A DNA stretch of 32,000 nucleotides from Vibrio vulnificus CMCP6 (GTDB taxonomy: Bacteria > Pseudomonadota > Gammaproteobacteria > Enterobacterales > Vibrionaceae), in contig NC_004459.3 in assembly GCF_000039765.1 (NCBI RefSeq), positions 2,661,127-2,693,126 on the forward strand. The letters are read 5' to 3'. The notes under the pieces are model-generated. The model was given only the letters and a program-made list of their open reading frames with translations, was not told the DNA's origin and did not search any database. This document shows, piece by piece, positions 26,636 to 32,000 of the stretch; the stretch's first letter is position 1, and each line of letters begins with the position of its first letter. Both the position numbers and the translations under genes were made by a program.

Positions 26636-28435
26636 ATGTTATCGACATCCGACACTATTAGCCGCTCCTGGCTTTTAACACAAGCAAAAAAACACAAATC
26701 TAAGCTTGTGTTTGCGAACCTCATTGCCATTGTTGCCACTTTGGTTAGCGTCCCTATTCCTCTACTCATGCCACTCATGGTTGACGAAGTGTTACTTGAT
26801 CAACCTGGTAAAGGATTAGCAGCCATGAATACCCTATTGCCTCAAGCCTGGCAAACACCGACAGGGTATATCTTCTTGACTTTGTTACTGGTGATTCTGA
26901 TGCGTATCACCAGCCAAGCATTAAACATTTTACAGAGCCGCCAGTTCACCTTGGTCTCAAAAACCATTACTTATCAAATGCGCGCTAAGATGATCGATAA
27001 ACTCGGTCGCATCAGTATTCGTCAATATGAGACTCGAGGTAGCGGAGGCATCAACGCACACCTCATCACAGACATCGAGACCATTGACCAATTCATCGGC
27101 AGCACCTTAGCGAAGTTCGTGATTAGCTTGCTTACCGTCATCGGCACTGCAGGTGTTCTCCTATGGCTGGAATGGCGACTTGGCTTGTTTATCCTCTTAG
27201 TCAACCCTATCGTTATTTACTTCTCTAGAAAACTAGGCAGCAAAGTTAAACATCTCAAAAAGCGTGAAAACCAAGCATTTGAGCAGTTTCAAAATCGCCT
27301 AGTTGAAACCCTTGATGGCATTTATCAATTGAGAGCAGCCAATAAGGAACGAGAGTTTCTCTCTGAGCTCAAACAGCAAGCTGATCAAGTCCGACTCAAC
27401 GCAGACAAATATGCTTGGCAATCCGAAGCCGCGGGTAGAGTCTCCTTTTTGCTCTTTTTACTTGGTTTTGAGCTGTTTCGTGCCGTTGCGATGCTCATGG
27501 TGCTCTTTAGTGATCTCACGATTGGCCAAATTTTTGCTGTTTTTGGTTATCTTTGGTTCATGCTGACTCCGGTTCAAGAACTGCTAGGTATCCAGTTTTC
27601 TTGGTATAGCGCGAAAGCGGCGCTTGCTCGCATCAACGCGCTTTTGGAACTGGAGGAAGAGTATAGACCTGAGTCGAAAGTCAATCCTTTCACTGATGGC
27701 AAAGAAATTGATGTTTCGGTCGAAAATGTCAGCTTCTCTTACAACAGTGAAACCACTGTATTAAATCAGTTGAATTTACGAATCCCAGCGGGAAAGAAAG
27801 TCGCTCTCGTTGGCGCAAGTGGTGGTGGAAAGTCCACATTAATTCAGCTGCTTATTGGTGTCTACCGGCAAGACAGCGGAGTCATTCGTTACAATAATGA
27901 GTCCAGCGATGATATTGGTTTTGAGTTAATTCGTGAAAAAATTGCTGTTGTATTACAACAACCTATACTATTTAATGACAGCCTAAGGCATAATCTGACC
28001 CTTGGTGGCGACTATGACGAAAGCGCGCTGTGGCAAGCGTTGGAAATCGCTCAACTGCAAGACGTTATTTCGCAGTTAACTGCTGGGTTGGATACGCAAG
28101 TGGGCCGAAATGGGATACGTTTATCCGGAGGCCAAAGACAGCGTTTAGCTATTGCTCGCATGGTATTGAGTGATCCTCAATTTGTGATTTTGGATGAAGC
28201 AACCTCAGCGTTAGATACCGCAACCGAAGCGGCGCTCCATAGAGCGCTTAATGAATATTTGAAAGGAAAGACAACGCTTATCGTGGCACACCGATTGTCT
28301 GCGGTAAAACAAGCGGATTTGATCTATGTATTGGAAGATGGACAAGTTACACAAAGCGGGACACATACTGAGCTGGTTGAGCAAGATGGCTTGTATCAAA
28401 CACTTTATGGCAGTGTCCAATCGCATGCCAGCTAG
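26636..28435 (+). CDS. ABC exporter, fused TM and ATP-binding domains
   Basis: 599 aa with about six TM helices in the N-terminal half. Walker A VGASGGGKST, signature LSGGQRQRLAIARMVL, Walker B FVILDEATSALD. Confidence 0.92.
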   Translation: MLSTSDTISRSWLLTQAKKHKSKLVFANLIAIVATLVSVPIPLLMPLMVDEVLLDQPGKGLAAMNTLLPQAWQTPTGYIFLTLLLVILMRITSQALNILQSRQFTLVSKTITYQMRAKMIDKLGRISIRQYETRGSGGINAHLITDIETIDQFIGSTLAKFVISLLTVIGTAGVLLWLEWRLGLFILLVNPIVIYFSRKLGSKVKHLKKRENQAFEQFQNRLVETLDGIYQLRAANKEREFLSELKQQADQVRLNADKYAWQSEAAGRVSFLLFLLGFELFRAVAMLMVLFSDLTIGQIFAVFGYLWFMLTPVQELLGIQFSWYSAKAALARINALLELEEEYRPESKVNPFTDGKEIDVSVENVSFSYNSETTVLNQLNLRIPAGKKVALVGASGGGKSTLIQLLIGVYRQDSGVIRYNNESSDDIGFELIREKIAVVLQQPILFNDSLRHNLTLGGDYDESALWQALEIAQLQDVISQLTAGLDTQVGRNGIRLSGGQRQRLAIARMVLSDPQFVILDEATSALDTATEAALHRALNEYLKGKTTLIVAHRLSAVKQADLIYVLEDGQVTQSGTHTELVEQDGLYQTLYGSVQSHAS

Positions 28436-28474
28436 TGGCAGCACGTCCTCTATCGCCCATTTTGAGAGGTCGCA

Positions 28475-29737
28475 ATGACCTCTCCTACTACTCATCAGCA
28501 TCAAACCCAAATTGAAAAAGTCCGTTTGTGCCAAGGGTGCGAACTTCCCGTCGATGTGTTGCATGTTGCCAAAGGCCGCAGCGCATATTGCCCAAGGTGT
28601 GGTACCCAGCTCTATCGTGGTGGCAACCCAAGCCTTTCTGGTAACCTCGCCATCGCGATCACCTGCTTGATGCTGTTTATCCCTTCTCACTTTTTTAACT
28701 TTATCAGCATTCGACTTTTCGGCGTTATGATCCCTGCAACACTCCCATCCGGTATGTTGACATTAATGGATGAAGGCTTTGTCGCGCTTTCACTGCTGAT
28801 CATGTTTTGCAGCTCGTTAGCCCCCTTATTAGTGTGCAGTGCCGTAGTAACCGCTCATATGGCGTTGCGTTATCGCTGGTTTCGAGTGCTCAAGTATTCA
28901 CTGGAAATCGTACAAAATCTTAAACACTGGATGATGCTGGATGTCTTCCTCGTCAGCATCGCCATCTCATGTTTTAAACTGCAAGACTATTCCGATATTT
29001 TCGTTGGGCCAGGCTTAATTGGCTTGCTCCTATTGCAACTTTTTAGTGTCTTGCTCATAACTCGCGTCAGTGTCAGGCGATATTGGGAAACATGGCATGC
29101 AGAGAGCCACTACTCGCTCGAAGAAAAGCATGTCCACTGCCACAGCTGTCACATGTCTCAACCCGAAGCAGAGCAATGCATTCGCTGCCATAGCCCTCTA
29201 CACCATCGCAAACCGCACTCGTTACAAAAAACATGGGCCTATTTAATCGCAGCCACTGTCGCGATTTTCCCTGCCAACTTGATCCCTATTTCGATTCTGA
29301 TCACTAATGGGCAACGGCTAGAAGATACGATTTTTTCGGGTGTTGCATCCTTAATTAAAAACGGCATGCATGGCATCGCCGTGATCATTTTTGTCGCCAG
29401 TATTGTGGTGCCCGTCGCTAAGATACTCGGTTTGACTTACATACTTTTGTGCATCCATTTCAAACGTACGATTTACCATCGGCAGAGAATGACCATTTAC
29501 TTCTTTGTTAAATGGATTGGTAAATGGTCTGTGATGGATCTTTTTGTCATCTCGATCATGATGACCTTAGTCGATCGAGGTCAAATTCTCGATTTTACTC
29601 CCGGATATGGAGCGGTCGCATTTGGTATGGTGGTTGTGTTAACCATGTTGGCCGCAGAAAGTATTGATCCCCGATTAATCTGGGACAACTACTCAGATGC
29701 AAATAAAGATGAGTCATTGCATGAGCAAACAAAATAG
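28475..29737 (+). CDS. PqiA/YebS (LetA)-like inner-membrane protein
   Basis: 420 aa with two CxxC...CxxC metal-binding segments (CQGCELPVD...YCPRCGTQL; CHSCHMSQPEAEQCIRCHSPL), each preceding a multi-TM block. Confidence 0.9.
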   Translation: MTSPTTHQHQTQIEKVRLCQGCELPVDVLHVAKGRSAYCPRCGTQLYRGGNPSLSGNLAIAITCLMLFIPSHFFNFISIRLFGVMIPATLPSGMLTLMDEGFVALSLLIMFCSSLAPLLVCSAVVTAHMALRYRWFRVLKYSLEIVQNLKHWMMLDVFLVSIAISCFKLQDYSDIFVGPGLIGLLLLQLFSVLLITRVSVRRYWETWHAESHYSLEEKHVHCHSCHMSQPEAEQCIRCHSPLHHRKPHSLQKTWAYLIAATVAIFPANLIPISILITNGQRLEDTIFSGVASLIKNGMHGIAVIIFVASIVVPVAKILGLTYILLCIHFKRTIYHRQRMTIYFFVKWIGKWSVMDLFVISIMMTLVDRGQILDFTPGYGAVAFGMVVVLTMLAAESIDPRLIWDNYSDANKDESLHEQTK

Positions 29738-32000
29738 TTCGCAAAAATCTTACACTCCTGATGTGCGAAAGAACAAAGGGATTTCTCCCCTTTGGATTTT
29801 GCCTATCTTAACCATGCTGCTTGCGGGATGGTTGGTCGCGAAGGCGATCCACGATGCAGGGCAACGAGTTCAAATTTACTTTTCTGACGCACAAGGATTG
29901 GTTGCAGGTCGTACAACGATTCGCTATCAAGGCTTAGAAGTTGGCATGGTGCGAGATATTAACCTCTCCAAAGACCTTTCTAATATCTACGTCGATGCCG
30001 ATATTTATCCCGAAGCGACTCAGCTCCTCAACAAAAACACCCGTTTTTGGTTGGTAAAACCAACGGCCAGTCTCTCCGGTATTTCTGGTCTTGATGCTTT
30101 GGTTTCTGGTAACTACATCGCTATTCAACCCGGCAATGACGACGATGAAGCCGAAACCGTGTTTTATGCTCTTGATAGCGCGCCCACCGATATTCTTGCC
30201 GAAAAAGGGCTGACGATCACCTTACGTGCCCGCGATTTGGGTGGCGTCTCGATTGGTTCTAAAATTGTTTACAAGAAGATCCCTATCGGCGAAGTGTACA
30301 GTTACCGCTTAGCGGAAAACGGTAAATCGGTGACCATTCTTGCTCGAATTGACGATGAATATCGCCACATCATTAACCAGCAGAGCCGATTTTGGAACGT
30401 CAGTGGCATTGGGGCCAGCATTGGCTTTGAAGGTGTGGATGTACGTTTGGAAAGCATGAGCGCCTTATTTGGCGGCGCCATCGCGGTCGATTCGCCAGAT
30501 GATGGTGAACCCGTGGAGAAAAATGCTCAGTTTCGTTTGTATCGCGACCTCAAAACCGCTGGCCGTGGGATTTCGGTACAAATCACCCTCCCCGATGGTC
30601 ATAACATTAGCTCTAACGGCGCACCGATTATGTACCGAGGCATTGAAGTAGGTGAAATTACCAATCTTTCGCTTTCAGAAGGGCGTGAGGTGATTATTGC
30701 CAATGCCGCTATTCAACCCGCCTTTAGCGACATGCTGACAACAGGCAGTGATTTTGTATTAGAAGAAGCCAAAGTGTCGCTTTCTGGTGTCGAAAACATC
30801 AGCAATTTGGTTCGCGGTAACTTCCTTACCATCATTCCCGGTGACGGGGAAAAATCTCGCCGCTTTACTGCGATTAAAAAAGAGGAATATTCACAACAAC
30901 AAGCTAAGTCCTTGTCTGTACGTCTCTTGTCCGACAGCTCGTACGGTCTCGATGCGGGTGCGAACATCCTTTACAAAGGGATTGTTGTTGGTTCGGTGAT
31001 CAAAGTCGGCCTGTTGGACGAAAAAACAGCCCGTCAACCTGCCAATGAAGTGTATCTTGATGTCCTCATCGACAAACAATACGCCTATTTAATTCGCGCC
31101 AACAACCGCTTTTTCGTAACGGGCAGTGCAACCGCTGAGCTGACTGAATCTGGCCTGAGTGTCACTGTACCGCCCGCTAAACAGCTACTCACAGGCTCGA
31201 TTAGCTTCGTCAGTGAAGGAAAAAACAACGCAAATCCAACCTATCAGCTGTTCCAAAGTCGCTCACTTGCCGAGTTGGCAAAGTTCAATCAAACAGGCTC
31301 GCAAACATTGACCCTGTTTGCTGCAGAATTACCGCCGATTTCAAAAGGAAGCCCCCTTCTCTACCGTAACCTACCCGTCGGTAGCGTCTCGGACTTCTCC
31401 TTAGCCAACGGTGGCGTCGAAGTCACTATCAGCATCGAGAATCGTTATAAGCATCTCATCAATGATCAAACGGTGTTTTGGAACCGCTCGGGCGTCGAAG
31501 TGGACGCCAGCTTGGCTGGTGTGGCGATCAAAGCCGCTCCGCTTAAAACACTACTACAAGGTGGGATTGCTTTTGACACGGTTGCTGGCATTGAGAACAA
31601 AACTGGGCAGCATTGGAAACTCTATCCGGACCAAAACCAAGCGCGTAAATTTGGTCGAATCATTACACTCAGAACCGATGGAGGCCAATCCCTCAGCAAA
31701 GGAATGGCGATCCAGTATCAAGGGGTCAAGGTAGGAGAAATCACGCTGGTGGCGCCTGATTTCAACAAAGGCATCGTAGAGGCATCAGCAAGAATTCTGC
31801 CAGAATACGTCGCCAATGTTGCTTTGCAAGGTTCGCATTTTTGGTTAGCGGAACCCAAAATTGGCCTAAATGGGGTAAAAAACATCGACGCCCTAATCAG
31901 CAAATACATCCAGGTAGAGCCAGGCAAAGGGAAAGCGGCATTCAGTTTTGAATTAGCCAATAAGCCACCTCATCCAACAGGAACTGTGTTTACACTACAA
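29721..32000 (+). CDS. PqiB/YebT (LetB)-like protein with multiple MCE domains, truncated by the window edge
   Basis: ATG at 29721 overlaps the end of the PqiA/LetA-like gene. The frame reads MSKQNSSQKSYTPDVRKNKGISPLWILPILTMLLAGWLVAKAI... and continues to ...PHPTGTVFTLQ at 32000. Repeated MCE-type motifs such as GLVAGRTTIRYQGLEVG, APIMYRGIEVG, NILYKGIVVG, SPLLYRNLPVG and MAIQYQGVKVG. Missing from the ORF track because there is no stop in the window. Confidence 0.92.
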   Translation, partial: MSKQNSSQKSYTPDVRKNKGISPLWILPILTMLLAGWLVAKAIHDAGQRVQIYFSDAQGLVAGRTTIRYQGLEVGMVRDINLSKDLSNIYVDADIYPEATQLLNKNTRFWLVKPTASLSGISGLDALVSGNYIAIQPGNDDDEAETVFYALDSAPTDILAEKGLTITLRARDLGGVSIGSKIVYKKIPIGEVYSYRLAENGKSVTILARIDDEYRHIINQQSRFWNVSGIGASIGFEGVDVRLESMSALFGGAIAVDSPDDGEPVEKNAQFRLYRDLKTAGRGISVQITLPDGHNISSNGAPIMYRGIEVGEITNLSLSEGREVIIANAAIQPAFSDMLTTGSDFVLEEAKVSLSGVENISNLVRGNFLTIIPGDGEKSRRFTAIKKEEYSQQQAKSLSVRLLSDSSYGLDAGANILYKGIVVGSVIKVGLLDEKTARQPANEVYLDVLIDKQYAYLIRANNRFFVTGSATAELTESGLSVTVPPAKQLLTGSISFVSEGKNNANPTYQLFQSRSLAELAKFNQTGSQTLTLFAAELPPISKGSPLLYRNLPVGSVSDFSLANGGVEVTISIENRYKHLINDQTVFWNRSGVEVDASLAGVAIKAAPLKTLLQGGIAFDTVAGIENKTGQHWKLYPDQNQARKFGRIITLRTDGGQSLSKGMAIQYQGVKVGEITLVAPDFNKGIVEASARILPEYVANVALQGSHFWLAEPKIGLNGVKNIDALISKYIQVEPGKGKAAFSFELANKPPHPTGTVFTLQ

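Noticed and set aside
1-32000. Search for CRISPR arrays, tRNA/rRNA genes, insertion sequences, toxin-antitoxin pairs, retrons or defence genes
   Set aside because: I saw no regularly spaced repeats, transposase or integrase, reverse transcriptase or restriction proteins, and no recognisable tRNA. The gene content is core housekeeping. Reading by eye could miss small or diverged RNAs.

Overview
This looks like an ordinary, densely coding stretch of a Vibrio-type gammaproteobacterial chromosome. Most genes are recognisable core genes. In order: HDOD protein; a small secreted TolA-III-like protein; a DUF3634-like protein; matP; a Lon-like protease (lonH/ycbZ type); fabA; rmf; a DUF3466 protein with a GlyGly-CTERM-like tail; uup; a glutaredoxin-like protein; rlmL; zapC; pyrD; a large NAD-glutamate dehydrogenase; a DUF2835 protein; pepN; a two-repeat lipocalin-like secreted protein; prc; proQ; msrC; an ABC exporter; a pqiA/letA-like gene; and a pqiB/letB-like MCE gene running off the right edge. 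The last gene is missing from the supplied ORF track because it has no stop codon in the window. I found no rRNA, CRISPR array, transposon, integrase, toxin-antitoxin pair or defence island, and recognised no tRNA. I do not see a convincing new multi-gene system. The best second-look items are regulatory or small-protein observations: an orphan ArgR-like box between rlmL and zapC; a one-mismatch matS-like site beside matP; tandem FadR/FabR-like operators at fabA; a terminator-like hairpin directly before the pyrD ribosome binding site; an orphan TolA-III-like periplasmic protein; a protein with an internal repeat; and a Lon-like protein that keeps its catalytic residues but lacks a Walker A motif. 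All family names come from reading the sequence and recalling the families, with no database search.
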